From: Octopus vulgaris | Taxonomy: Eukaryota | NCBI GenBank assembly: GCA_951406725.2 | Contig: OX597820.1 | Coordinates: 66,278,001 to 66,342,000 of the forward strand | Length of the DNA stretch: 64,000 nt | Direction: 5' to 3' | In this document: one piece after another, positions 11,690 to 27,018 of the stretch | Position numbering within the stretch: the stretch's first letter is position 1 | How the letters are laid out: every line of letters starts with the position of its first letter | Notes under the pieces: generated by a model | Seen by the model: only the letters and a program-made list of their open reading frames with translations | Database searches by the model: none | Told to the model about the DNA's origin: nothing | Program-made: the position numbers and the translations under genes

Positions 11690-12573
11690 GGAAGGAGGAA
11701 GGAGGAAGGAGAAGCAAGGAAAAAAAAGGAGAGCAAATTTATAACAGAGAAAGAAGAGAAGAGAATGAAGAAAGAAAAAAAGAAAGAAGGGAAGAAAGAA
11801 GGAAAAAGTAAAGTAGTTGAGAAATGCAAAAGCGAGACAGAAAGTGAGGGAGGGAGGGAGGGGGAAAGAAAGAAAAAGGAAGGCAACTGACAAAGGTTGG
11901 GAGAGGGAGAGAGAGAGAGAAAATGAACGAAAAATAAGGAAACGGGGAGAGAGAGAGAGAGAGAAAATGAACGAAAAATAAGGAAACGGGGAGAGAGAGA
12001 GAGAAAAGAAACTGATAGAGAGAGAGGGGGGAGAGGGTAAAACAAAAAAATTGATGGTTTAAGTGACTGTAAAAATAGAGAGAACGAAAAGAGAGAGAGA
12101 GAGAGAGAAGTGATAAAGAAAGGCTGATGATATAAAGAGAGAAGAAAAGGTAGAGTATGATAGAGGGAGGGAGAATTGGGGTGAGATGATGGCTTAGTGA
12201 CTGAGGGGTAACGGTGAGAGAGATAATTGTGTAAAGAATAAGAGAGAAAGGGAGGAGTGTAGTGGAGGAGAAGGAGAATAGAAAAAAATGAGTCGTTAAA
12301 GGGAAAGAATGATAGAAAGTGATGTAGAGTAGCGAGAGAGAGAGAGAGGGAGAGAAAACGATAGAGAGGGAGAGAAAACGATAGAGAGGGAGAGGGGCGA
12401 GAGAGAAAGAGGGAAATGATCAGATTAAAAAAGGTGAACAAGTGACAGAAAAAGATGAAAATAAGACAGACAGACAGACAGACAGACAGAAAGGCATAGA
12501 CAGATAACCAGACCGTCAGGTAGACAGTCAGGTAGATATAAAGATAGATAGAGAGATAAATAGACAGACAGAC

Positions 12574-12652
<79 letters not shown>

Positions 12653-12790
12653 CAGACAGATAGATGGAAAGAGAAAGAGAGAAAAAGCGGAGTTTTATTG
12701 TGAATTGGTGTACCTATGATATTAGGAAGAGGTGAAAGAAGGGGACAGAGAGAAAGAAAGAAAAGAATGAAGAAATTAAGAGAGAAAGAG
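11690..12790. repeat. Purine-rich (GA/GAAA/GACA/GATA) low-complexity tract
   Basis: Direct observation. It includes (GATA)n at about 12575-12650 and a duplicated ~48-bp GA-rich unit at about 11905-12005. Confidence 0.9.
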
Positions 12791-12845
12791 AGTATTGTGT
12801 ATTTGCATGTGTGTGTATGAGTGTGCATGTATGTGTGTGCGTGTG

Positions 12846-12907
<62 letters not shown>

Positions 12908-13258
12908 CTTTGTGTAAGTGTAACAGAATGGGAGAGAATGAGAGAGAGTAAATGAGAAAGGGATAGAAAAGAATGAAGAAATGGGGAGAGTTTGTATTAG
13001 CATGTATGTGTGTGTGTGTGTAAGAAAGTGAGTGTGATTATATGTGTGAAAGTATATAAGTTAGTATGAAAGTATGTGAGTGCGTGTGTGCGTGTATGTG
13101 TTTTTATGAATGTGTATGTAAGTATGTATGTATGTATGTATGTATGTATATATGTGTGTGTGTGAGAAAGTGAGTGTGATTTTATGTGTGTGAGTATGTG
13201 AGTGAGAGAGTGCGTGTGTGTGTACCTGTTTTTATGGATATGTATGTATGTATGTATA

Positions 13259-13289
<31 letters not shown>

Positions 13290-13607
13290 TTAAACGGTTG
13301 TATCTGTGTGGATATGTGCGTGTGTGAAAGTTTTTCGTTGTGACAAAAGCTGGCTGGTTAAAAGAAAACAGTTCACCAAGATTTCCTAAACGTTACACTC
13401 TCCAGTATATAATTAAACAGAAAGGCGCGCGCACACACACACACACTCATACACACGCACACACAAGCATGGACACTTTTATACATATACATACAACATA
13501 TACGCGCACGCGTGCAAGCGTGTGTGTGTGTGCGTGTGTGTGTGTAGTCAACGAAAAACGGGACTTGCCGAAACTTCGAATTTGCTGTCACATTTTAATA
13601 AAATAAT

Positions 13608-13807
13608 ACTCTTTTACTTGTTTCAGTCATTTGACTGCGGCCATGCTGGAGCACCGCCTTTAGTCGAGCAAATCGACCCCGGGACTTATTCTTTGTAAAC
13701 CCAGGACTTATTCTATCAGTCTCTTTTGCCGAACCGCTAAGTAACGGGGACGTAAACACACCAGCATCGGTTGTCAAGCAATGCTAGGGGGACAAACACA
13801 GACACAA

Positions 13808-13838
<31 letters not shown>

Positions 13839-14003
13839 CGACAGGCTTCTATCAGTTTCTGTCTACCAAATCCACTCACAAGGCATTGGTCGGCCCGAGG
13901 TTATAGCAGAAGACACTTGCCCAAGATGCCACGCAGTGGGACTGAACCCGGAACCATGTGGTTGTTTAGCAAGCTACTTACCACACAGCCACTCCTGCGC
14001 CTA
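13608..14003 (-). mobile_element. SINE family A, full length
   Basis: Near-consensus copy in reverse orientation. Confidence 0.9.
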
Positions 14004-14456
14004 ATATTCAGTTCTATTTTATATTCAATGGATTGGTTTGTTTTAAATATAAACCTATAATGTTAACACACACACACACACACACACAGAAGACACACAT
14101 ACACAGAGAACACATACACACAAATGCAGAACACACAGACACACACACACACACAACGTATGTACTGCATGCGTTCATGTGCCTTTTAGTGTATATATAT
14201 ATATATATATACATGATACGTGTGCATATATATCCATATATATAAATGAGTACACACACGCATCCACATATTTACTCATATATCTACACACACACACACG
14301 CACACATACAAATAGCATCCTATACACAGCTTGTGTTCACGTCTTCACTGTGTATGTCTCTCTCTACACACACACACACACATACACTCACACACATGTA
14401 CACACATATACGCACGCGCGTGAACACATATACACACATACCTTGACATTTTACAG

Positions 14457-14497
<41 letters not shown>

Positions 14498-14649
14498 GCG
14501 ATGCAGTTTTTTTTATTCCAAATAGTTTTTCATACAGAACACCAGATGTGAATAGATGATGTTTATGCCTTTCCAAATAAGCATTATTCGGTGATGAAGC
14601 TTTATAATCCAATAACCATCTCTAACTACCACCACCAACACCAGATGGC

Positions 14650-14845
14650 TCCGGCTGTGCAGGGTGTGCTAAAAATAGCAACCAAATCTCCTTAAAATCA
14701 CAGCCTCTATCTTAAAAGGGTGAATGACATTCATAGCTTTAGTCTGAAACACCTCTAAGAATCCAGGGATAGTCACGGCCGGCATGTCATTGATCATTAG
14801 TCTTGTTCTATTATAGTCGATATGGCGTTAAACAACAATAATAAC
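14650..14845 (+). mobile_element. Old interspersed repeat family D (SINE-like, AAC-type tail)
   Basis: CTA(A/G)AAATAGCA(A/G)CCAAATC...GATAGTCACGGC...TGATCA...TAAACAACAA. About 15 diverged copies in the window. Confidence 0.65.
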
Positions 14846-14945
14846 AGCAACACAGCCACCGGGTTAGATTCCGCGTCGTAGTTCGGCCTGCTAGAAATAA
14901 CAGCTACAGATAGACACGAACATTATTTAATATTGTTATAGACGA

Positions 14946-15565
14946 AGGCGGCGAGCTGGCAGAAACGTTAGCACGCCGGGCGAAATGCTTAGCCGTATTT
15001 CGTCTGCCGTTACTTTCTGAGTTCAAATCCCGCCGATGTCGACTTTGCCTTTCATCCTCTCGGTGTCGATAAATTAAGTACCAGTTACGCACTGGGGTCG
15101 ATGTAATCGACTTATTCCGTTTGTCTGTCCTTGTTTGTCCTCTCTGTGTTTGGTCCCTTGTGGGTTGTAAAGAAATAGGTATTTCGTCTGCCATTACGTT
15201 CTGAGTTCAAATTCCGCCGAGGTCGACTTTGCCTTTCATCCTTTCGGGGTCGATAAATTAATTACCAGTTATGCACTGGGGTCGATGTAATCGACTTAAC
15301 CCCTTTGTCTGTCCTTGTTTGTCCCCTCTGTGTTTAGCCCCTTGTGGGCTTTAAAAGAAATAAGAATCGTTAGCACGCCTGGTAAAATGCTTAGTAGTAT
15401 TTCGTCCCTCCGTTCTGAGTTCAAATCCCGCCAAGGTCGACTTGGCTTTTATCTTTTCGGAGGGTCTACAAAACAAGTACCAGTTGAGTACTGGAGGATC
15501 GTTGCAATCGACTTACATCCTGCACCGAACTTGCTGGCCTTGTGCCAAAATTTGAAACCAATATT
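14946..15565 (+). mobile_element. Head-to-tail array of three SINE family B units
   Basis: One full unit followed by two 5'-truncated units. Confidence 0.85.
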
Positions 15566-15974
15566 GCCACAAACGGTACGTACGGTCACGGTTGGAACAC
15601 CATTCGTTACGGGTCGCCATCGCCACCGTCTCCAACACCGTCATGCCCATCCCCACCACTAATACTATCACCACTAGCAGCTTAAAATCTCCAATATCTC
15701 ATTATCGACATCATTAGCATAACTGCTAAAGCCTCGGACACATTGACTACCTACAGACGCTTCAGGTACCGAGTTCAAATCGCGCCGAGGTCGACCTAGC
15801 CTTTCACATTCTCGTAGTTCGCTAAAATAAAGTACCAGACAAATGCTGTGCCGTTGATTGATGTTAATAACCCTGTAATACGTCCTAAGGTGTGAATGGA
15901 TTTATATAACATAAGACAAAAACTAATAGCTTTCATAGATTCTGCCTTCCCTACCATAAAACAACCACTACGTA

Positions 15975-16830
15975 AGGAGAGCGCCTATAGCTGGACGCTC
16001 GATCTGCCAGAAATAGCAGCCATATTACGTAGCATACTGTCTTCTTTTAAAAGGAACACATTGGATAATGTAAGTTATGTGATGCTGAGTTTTTTTTTTT
16101 TGTTTGTTTATGTGTGTTCGTTTGCTTTTTGTATATGGGGGAAAAGGAAACGGACAAGGTGGTCACATCTGTTATAGGTGGTCACACCTTGGTTATAGGT
16201 CAACTGGGCTAGGGTTATATAAAAGCAAAAAAAAAAAGAAAAAGAAGAAAGAAAGAACGGCGTGTATCACTACGATAATCATTGATGTTCAGTTTATGAA
16301 TGAAAGAGCCTATACACAGTCTCTCGAGTTGCTAGAAATAGCAGTGAAATGTTGCCCGAGTTACACCTTAACGTTTTTAATATAAGCAAATGAGTTAATA
16401 GCACGTAGTCTCTACATTTTCCTAATTAGGATGGTCACAGTTGGAGAGCTTTCAGTAGTAAGTCTACTCAGTCAGCGTTCACCTGGGGCTTAAACAACAG
16501 CAATAACAAAGTACACCATAAACATTAACACTATCACCGTTTCAACCCCCACCACAGCCGCCGCCGCCGCCGCCACCACCACCGCCACCACAATCAATCA
16601 ACGAAGCCTGCGTATTTGCAGTTGTTTGACCTGCTAAAAATAACAACCAAATCACTGACACACATACATACATACACACACACAAATTATACCCTCATCG
16701 TCTTAAAACAGGATAAGACACGTTAAGCTAATTGATGTTGGACGTATATTTTCAAACAGGCGAGATAGTCACGGCTGGAATGCCTTTGATCATTGGGTCT
16801 GCTCGATCAAAGCTGACCTGTAGGTTTAAT
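15975..16830 (+). mobile_element. Cluster of three diverged family D copies
   Basis: AGAAATAGCAG-like motifs near 16010, 16333 and 16633, each followed by a (T/A)GGTCAC/AGTCAC...GA/CCTG..GGC/GT..AA tail. Confidence 0.6.
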
Positions 16831-17342
16831 ATCATCGTCACACTGTCACGAAATAAAGTAATTCCGCTTTCCGCCATCTCCACCGACACCACAAAGCTCT
16901 GACGCCGCCGCCGCCGCCGCCGTCACTGTCATTTCAACCGGCGTTGTCTGCTTCTCTCTCTCTCTCTCTATCTCTCTTTCTTACTTTCTTTTTTTCTTTC
17001 TCTTTTATTCCTTCGTCTTCTAACTCTGTCTTCACTCTTTCTCTCTCTATCACTTTCTTTCCCTTTCTCTCTTCACCTTTAATTTTTTTCGCTTTCTATA
17101 CATCTCTCTCTCTCTCACTCTCTCTCTCTAATCTCTTCTTTCTGAACGTTACTACTCCTACTACAGCTTTTCGTTCTACCCTTCCACCTCTTCTTTCTAC
17201 TACTATCCCCCTCACCACCACAAGAAGGAGAGGGAGAAGGGGGGGTGAGACTGTTGTATGTTACGGGACACAGGAGAGAGGAATTTGTATTAAATTACTG
17301 TCGTATAGACACACACACACACACACACATTCACACGCACAT

Positions 17343-17376
<34 letters not shown>

Positions 17377-17799
17377 GTGCACACACATACACACGAAAGT
17401 ATGAATGTGCGTGTATGAGCGTTTATATTACACATATATATATATATGTATATATAAATATACACACACACACATAGACACAGTTATACATACATGTATA
17501 TAAATATATACAAACATTTGTACACATATAGTGTGTGTGTGTGTGTGTGTGTGTGTGTAGGTATGAATGCATGTGTGTATATCTGTTAACGGACAACATA
17601 AATAGTACAACAAACGTCTCTCGCTTTCTCTCTCTCTCTCTCGCTTTCTCTCTCCCTCTCGTTGTCTCTCTCTCGCTTTCTCTCTCCTGCGGTCTCTCTC
17701 TCTCTCACACATATGTATATACACATACATACTTGTACACAAAAGTACTCCAGTATGGTCACGACATTTCAAATGAATTAAAAACTTGAAAAAGTACGT

Positions 17800-18061
17800 T
17801 ACAACATACACATACTTATACACACACAAACACACATATACTTATACACACACACACATACATACATACATACATACATACATACATACATACATACATA
17901 CATAGAAGTGCGCGCAGTTATAGACACACTCACAAACACACACATACACATACACGAAAGTGCGATTATATACACAACATATATACACTCACGATAGTAT
18001 AAATACACACGAGCACGCACACATACACACACACGTATATATATTGTGTATTGCAAGCGTG

Positions 18062-18113
<52 letters not shown>

Positions 18114-18126
18114 TATATATATACAG

Positions 18127-18167
<41 letters not shown>

Positions 18168-18216
18168 CAGACACACACACACACATATATAGACACACAC
18201 ACACATGTATATACAG

Positions 18217-18247
<31 letters not shown>

Positions 18248-18314
18248 CATATATATACAGACACACATATATATATCTATAGACACACACACACACACAT
18301 ATATAAACACACAC

Positions 18315-18361
<47 letters not shown>

Positions 18362-18362
18362 A
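17800..18362. repeat. Compound AC/AT/ATAC microsatellite
   Basis: Direct observation. Confidence 0.95.
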
Positions 18363-18829
18363 ATAAAATGACGATGTGTGCAGCACGTGCAACGCTTGAT
18401 GAAGTAGCCACGACTGTTGCTGCTGCTGTTGTTGCATTCTGAAATGCTGTTGCTGCTGCTGCTGTTGCATTCTCTAATGCTGTTGCTGCTGTAGGTGGCA
18501 GTGATGTAGTCCACACAAGGCTGTAAAGGGGGGGAAAAAGGAATTAACTCTTACCTTTCCGCTCTCCTTTCCCCACACTCTCTCTCTCCAGCACACAGAC
18601 ACACACTCACACACACGCACATATACTCTCTCTCTCTCTCTCGCTCACTCTATGTCTTTCTCATCTCATGCCTCCCCCTTCCTTCCTTCCTTTCTTACTT
18701 CTTCTTCTTCACTTCGTCTTTTTTTTTTTTTTTTAGCGTGTGTACGTGTACGTTTATTTATGTGTGTGCGCACATGCGTTGGTGTGCGTGTTAATCAGTG
18801 TGTGTGAAATCTTTGTAGCATTTGTTTGA

Positions 18830-19610
18830 CTACGCCAACCGCCGACACCGACACCGCCACCACCAACACCTTCGCTATCGCCGCCTCCTCCCCCTCCATT
18901 ACGACTACTACTACTATTACTACTACTACTACTATCATCACCACCACTACTACTACCACGACTGCTGCTGCTGCTGCTTCCGCAACAGACTACCTCTAAA
19001 CTAACGTTTACTATTATCAACACACGCCGTCATCGTCGCTTGTTCGTCCACACAGAAACACACATATATATATATATATATATATACATATATATGTATG
19101 TATATGTATATATGTATACACCACAGCGACAGTAAACAACGATAAAATAACAATAATACGAACAACCAAGATGTGACGATAATAATAACAATATTGATGA
19201 TAACAACAACAATAATAATAATAATAATTATACTACAACAACTGTGTAGAAAAGCAACAACAATATCTGTAATGTTTGTAGTAACGGTAATAGTACAACC
19301 ACCACCACCTATACTACCACAGCAACAGCAACAACAATAACAATAACAGTTGCGATAATTACAACGATAATTAAAGTCGACGACCATGCCGATAAACAAA
19401 CCGTGGATGATTATTACGGCGGCGGCGGCGACGACGACGATGATGAAAAATACAACGATTACGACGACGAAAACGACGACGACGATGATGATGATGATGG
19501 TAAACAAAACGATGACAACAAAAGCGACGGTGATGACAATGATGATGATGATGGCGAAAATAACAATGACGATGTTGACAAAGATTATTACCATGATGAT
19601 GATGATGCTA
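18830..19610. repeat. Trinucleotide-repeat mosaic (ACT, ACC, CTG, AAC, AAT, ACG, ATG)
   Basis: Direct observation. Confidence 0.9.
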
Positions 19611-21501
19611 AGCGCTCAAAACGGATGTTACCCGGAATAAGTCATGCTTACCCGTTGGAAATTTTACATTGCATCGCTACGGAATAATACTATTTTGTAT
19701 TATAAAATATAATATAAGAAATATAATATAAATATAATATATAATATATATATATATACATACATAATATATACGCATGCACATTTACAAATATATATAT
19801 ATAAGCGTGCTTTTACATACATACACATAACAAGAGATTATTTTATTTATACCACAAATATAATATTCACATATATATATATATGTATATATACATACCT
19901 TCTGCATAGATCAATTCACATATATATAATATAGATAGATATACATATATATATATATATATGTATGTGTATATATTCTCTGATTGTTTTTTGTGTTGGA
20001 AAACTATGTACGAAAAAACTGGTAAGTGTTTTTATATATATATTTTATGTATATTTTTACCTTAATGTATAATATATATATATATATATGTGTGTGTATG
20101 TAATTATTGATTTAGTATCTGGTAGTTTTGTCTTTGTGTTCGTTATGTATTGTCATTTTTGTAAATATATATATATTTTTTTTTCTTCATAAGTAGAAAC
20201 TTACAACAACACTATATAAAAATTTAATATATTCTCGTCATATCTCACACACGCCGGCTTACCGCATGCATAATACCAAAATATAACAACACTCACACAT
20301 ATATACATACATATATGCAACACATACGTATACATTCATATATTCATATGTAACGCACACACACATACATATCTGTAGAGTTGTGTTTATAAACGTATGT
20401 TATATGCAAATATATACTTGTATACAGGTGTGTGTGTGTAACTTTGGGAATTTATAAATTCGGTCATAGACTCCAGTATGGTCGTGTTGTTATTGAATTA
20501 AACTAAAACGAATTGAACATACGTGTTATAGAGTAATAAAGCGATTCTTTCGTATATTAGAACCATTCCCCATGTCTGAATACTTGTGTGTATAACTATA
20601 TACATGTGTGCGTGTGTATACATATGTTCCATACATACATGTATAAATATATATAAGAATATATAATTATATCTATATATATGTATGAGAAGCCTACATG
20701 TAGTATGCGTAAATATGTTGGCTTAAATATATATTGCACAAGTGTGTATATATACAGAGATATATACACATATATATTCATATATATGTATACTTATGCA
20801 ATATATATACATACATATACCTGTATAAGTTGTAATTGATATACACACACATATATATCTATATACTCACCACTACAAATATATAGATATATTTAGAGAC
20901 ACACATATATATATATATACGGAGAGAGAGAGAGTGGTTGTATATATATATTTATATATATGTATATACGTATGGATACACGTATACAAATACACATCTA
21001 TAGATACCAATATATTTGTATACATATAGTCAAAATTTACCGTCACTGACATAACAAATTCACGTATATACACATATGTATGTATATATTTATATACACG
21101 GTAGTGCTCAACACGTAAAATTAAGCAAATATAGTTAATAGCAATTCTTTTATACAGCTGATCACCCTACACCCGTTTTCCCATATACTGTACGAATGCC
21201 AAAATCGGTTTAGAACAGTTTGTAAGATTTTTTTAAACTTCAGTGAAACTTTATATAAAATTTACGAACAAACACACATACATACATACATACATACACA
21301 CACATAACTTACATATAGAAAGAATATACAGAAAGCAAGATGCGGAAGATTTAAACCAAGGTATATACATGGACTGCAATGGCGAAAGCTTAATCTCAGG
21401 ATATTGAACTTGAACAGAAGATCAGAAGTGAGACTGTGTATCAGACGTGAACCTTTCATAGCTATGCATGGGTAGAAAAGTTGAATAAAACTATTGCCAA
21501 T

Positions 21502-21605
<104 letters not shown>

Positions 21606-21811
21606 TTAAAGTACTAAAGGTGGTGCTCTTGCATATATAATACGTGTGCACGGTGGATATATATATATATATATAAAATAAATATAAGAGAGTGGTCACT
21701 ATATTGCTCACTCTAGGGCATTTGAATTATAACGTCGGATGTAATCAATTGAACCACACGCGTCGTTATGGTAAAATCTGGCGTGTGATTGAGTGATTTC
21801 ATCCAGATAGT

Positions 21812-21844
<33 letters not shown>

Positions 21845-22460
21845 CCACCATGCACACGTATTATATATGCAAGCAAATATGTACACATATATATCTATAT
21901 AAGTACATAAGTGACCATATATATGTATTTATATATATATATATATATGTGTATGTATGTATGTATATAAGCATATATACACATATATATATATATAGTA
22001 CATAAGTATACTCTCTTTTACTCTTTTACTTGTTTCAGTCATTTGACTGCGGCCATGCTGGAGCACCACCTTTAGTACTTATTCTATCGGTTTCTTTTTG
22101 CCAAACCAAGGAATTTATGAGCTAAAGGAGAAATGTTGTTTTGACTAATCTTGAAACGTACGTACACAACATAACCTTAGCATTTGATTTTTAATGTCCT
22201 TACCCCACTCAAACTTTTGTGAGTTAAATTAAGCAAACGGGGCTATATATGAGAGAGATTTTCTTTAAGTATTAGAAATAGCTTTAAAAAAAGTTTTTTA
22301 GCTGCTATTTCTAATGAGTTCAGTATGCGGCGAAGTAATTTATTTTACTACAGCCCTTTTATATAATGTAATAATTTGAATTCGCCTTAAATGGTCCCTT
22401 TGCATACTGAACACTTGGTGAAATTGATTAATAATTAATTTTACCCTCAATTGTTGGAAT

Positions 22461-22512
<52 letters not shown>

Positions 22513-23039
22513 GACGGAGAGACACAGTGACATGCACACATAATGACAAATATTTAGTGACCGTTCCAACTTTGTGCAGCTAAGATGGCGAACAAAGTTA
22601 ACAGAAGCTCACGGACACACACACACACAATCACACACACAATCACACACAGTCACCGTGTTGGATGCATATTGGATGCACAGCATTCACCCTGTTGTTG
22701 CTCAGATTTTCATATTTCTTCTGTTCGACAGATCGGGAATATGAGACTTGGTATAACGGCCAGTGAGTGGCTCAGCTTCCAGTAAATATTATAAAACCCT
22801 ACATCTTGTATTGAGCACTCACATCTGTTTGTTGTTGATCTCTGCACTCAGATACATACATATATTTAGAAACACACACACAACACACATAGCAACCTGC
22901 AAATCATACTTAATGCAGACACACCTTGGACAGCCAACTTGACTGCGGTATTCGTCCCGAAATAGTATCTCGTGGACGTGATGTGTTTGAAAACTCAAAA
23001 AATATATATATATATCAGTAGCAGACGAAAAAGTCATAC

Positions 23040-23223
23040 ACTCATTTATCGTTTGCTTCAGTCATTTGACTACGGCCATGTTTTAGTCGAACAAATCGAC
23101 CCTCGAATTTTTTTATCTTAGGACTTGTTCTATTGGTGTCGTTTTGCTCAACGGCTATAATACGGGTACGGAAGCAAACTATCATCAGTTGTCAAGCAGT
23201 GTTAGGAGACAAACACACACTCG

Positions 23224-23285
<62 letters not shown>

Positions 23286-23490
23286 CGCATACATATAGTA
23301 TACACACACATATTATACTCAAACACACAAGGGGCTTCTTTCAGTTTCCATGTAACAAATCCAATCACAATGCTGGACTTGACCCGGAGCTATAAGCAGA
23401 AGGCAGTTACCCAAAGTAGCATGCAACGGGACTGAACTCGAACGTGAAACCATGTGGTTAGGAAGCAAGTTTCTTACCACACAGCCATAG
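23040..23490 (-). mobile_element. Diverged SINE family A with internal (TATC)n
   Basis: Both halves are recognisable. Confidence 0.7.
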
Positions 23491-23987
23491 GCACACACAC
23501 ATAATGTAGTACAAAGCTACACGTGTGCTTAAGTTTTATTTCTTCCATTTTTTTCTTCAAACACAGGAACTAACGGAATGCCATGATACATACATGCATT
23601 CATTACTATAGATAAGCAGTCTCAAATAATTGTTTTAATTACAAATGTCTGATTGCAACATAAGTACACTCATAATGTACATTGTATACACACACACACA
23701 TGCTCGCTATGTCGTTCGGCCTTTTACATACTAACAGACACACGTACACATACACATACTCATACACAGATATCAACACATTGAAGTTGCCGTGAAAGTT
23801 GACACCGAATCTACAAAAGAGATCTTAACATTCGAAAAGTTAATTCTATGCCAAAGGCTTTTCGACTGTAAAAAGTTTATGCATCTTACACTATTGTCTG
23901 TCTGTGTGTGCGTATGTATGATCAATTTTAATATTGAATTGAAGGATCACTCGCCTTTTAGTATAGAGCACGTATATACACATACAA

Positions 23988-24036
<49 letters not shown>

Positions 24037-24047
24037 GTCTGTCTGTC

Positions 24048-24097
<50 letters not shown>

Positions 24098-24123
24098 GTC
24101 TGTCTATCTCTCTATATTTCTGT

Positions 24124-24170
<47 letters not shown>

Positions 24171-24584
24171 CCTACGTGTATATATGTACACACATATACG
24201 CGCGTACAACACACATACACACACACACACACTCATTTAGTTACCGACAAGACAGGCAGATTAATAATTATGTTCTCAAGGTAAATTGTATTTTTGTAAC
24301 GTTGTAGAGCAAAGGTTTCTTTCTTAACGAACTAACGGACTCGGCATTATTATGAATTTAGTAGCAGGCCGCGGAATTTAATGGCGGGGTTGTGTGTATG
24401 TGTGTGTCTGCGCGCGTGTGTAAGTTAATTGCTGTTGCGCGTACCCGAGAGGTGATAAGGATAACAACGTCGTGCGTATCTGGGGTGGATTTGGGGGTAT
24501 CTTGATGACAGAGAGTTTACAAGATAAATTAAATAGACAGACAGACCAATAGATAGCTAGATAGATAGATATATAGAGAGAGAG

Positions 24585-24667
<83 letters not shown>

Positions 24668-25390
24668 CTTCACAGTCTGGCACTAACTGTATTTTGTCGA
24701 AAGTTATTTGTCGAATCTCTAATGTTACGGAACATGGTGTGATATCACAGCAACAACAAAAAAACATGAGATTTTAAAATCGATAACACACACACATATT
24801 GGGCCTCTACACAGTTTCCGGTTCGCCAAATCCACTCACTACTCGATTGAAGAAATGTGCCTGCCGCTTAGTAAATTCGAACTCGGAACCACATGGTTAT
24901 TGAGCAAACCATATTAAAGCAATGATTGCTCGTTAGTATATGTGTGTTTGTGTGTGTGTTATATGTTGTTTGCGTGTGTATAAAAATTTGAAGACGAAGA
25001 GCGGGAGAGACAGAGAAGACAAACAGATAACATAGAAAAGATGATGAGACGGCGGAGCATGTTAATGTATTTATACACATAGATGTATACGTGTGTGTGT
25101 GTGTGTGTGTGTAACATGATTTGATATGTTGAGAGATAAAGAAAGGCAGACGACAACACAAGATGGAGAGAGAAAAAGAAGGGGAAAGAAAATATCGCAC
25201 AGCGGGAAATGACGGCGAAAGGAGAGTGAAAGAAATAAAGGGAGGGGAGAATAACAAGTGATGGAGAAAGGGTGAACTGTATGAGAGAGGGATAAGAGGA
25301 GAGATGCTGAGACAACATAACAGTGAGCGAGAAAGAGAGAACGTGTGTGTGTGAGAGAGAGAGGAAGCAAGAGGGAGAATGATAACTTAC

Positions 25391-25414
25391 AAGAGATGGT
25401 TTGATAAAAGCTAC
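25391..25414 (-). other. Candidate 24-nt microexon
   Basis: CTTTATCTTCAG|GTAGCTTTTATCAAACCATCTCTT|GTAAGT. Frame-preserving length. Confidence 0.3.
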
Positions 25415-25510
25415 CTGAAGATAAAGTCCTGTCTTGTTTAGTTTGAAAAATACTGCATTACACTTATGTATACGTACACATACGGCCATATCATACACAC
25501 ACGCTCGCTT

Positions 25511-25555
<45 letters not shown>

Positions 25556-25876
25556 ATGTGTATGTGCGTGCGTGTGTGACTTGTGATTCTTTTGCTAACG
25601 GCAACATACTTATATAGAAACGAAGCTACATTTGTGCATGAACACACATACATACATACATACAAGTGTGTGTGTATACGTGTTTCTGTGTATTTGTATA
25701 TGTGTGTGTGTGTGTGTGTTTTGCTTACGGCAACATGCATAAACTGAACCAAACACACAACAGCACACACACACGTTTGTGTAGATATGTGCATGTTTAT
25801 GCGTGTAGTTACATGGATATGTGTGTATGTCTGCGTATATATATAAATATATATTTCACAAACTAACTTAACACAT

Positions 25877-25945
<69 letters not shown>

Positions 25946-26532
25946 GCACACGCAGAAATACATACATGCTTTTGTGCAGTTCTTTATCTGATGGCAACAT
26001 GCAGGCATACGCACTGTTATGCATGTGCACACGCACTTACACACACACACACACACAAATAGAGTGAGAGAGAAAAGAAGGGAGAAATGATGACATGAAA
26101 CGCATATTCATCTCAAAAACATTTTCTCGCTCACGACATCACAAGACACACACACACACACACATACATACACACACACATTTACATGTTCACAGAAAAC
26201 ACATGCATACGCATTTAATTGTCTCAGTCGTAACTAGCAGATAAAATTACACACACGCATTTACAGATCCATTCACTTATACACATACATACATATATAC
26301 AGATATATATATATATTTTATATACATACATAAACTTATAATTGTCGCATTCCGACGAAGCTCTTAAGTCATACACAACACTGCTACGTTCATTTGCACA
26401 CATACATATACATACACACGCGTTGTGATGACATTTATGTATTGTTCGCACACATGCATACACACACACACACACATGCATACACACACACACACATGCA
26501 CAAACGTCTGTGTAGAGATTTACTTAGACGTT

Positions 26533-26573
<41 letters not shown>

Positions 26574-26970
26574 TACATACACATGTGTGTGTGTGTGTGT
26601 GTGCGCGCGTTTCTTACCTTGTCAATGTGTAAAGCATGTTCGAGGACTCACTCAAACTTGCTTTCGACATGCACTCACATACACCACATGCATACGAACC
26701 CATGCATATACGTACGCGCACACGCACACACACACACACACACACATTTGTTCGTTGTTTTTTAACTGATTATTATGTATGTACATGTTCAAACATACAC
26801 AAATACACACACACACAAGTGTGTGTGTGTGTGTGTGTGTCTATATATATTAAATGTCAAAACACGAGTGTGCACAACGCAAAAATATAAACCGCGTGCG
26901 CACATATTACTAGCATACACGCTTGTTACTGTGACATATAACGTACACATATTTATACATAAACTCCAAT

Positions 26971-27018
<48 letters not shown>

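Noticed and set aside
19403-19687. Asp-rich 94-aa ORF resembling a biomineral protein
   Set aside because: It lies in a GAT/GAC trinucleotide mosaic with other frames also open, and has no signal peptide.
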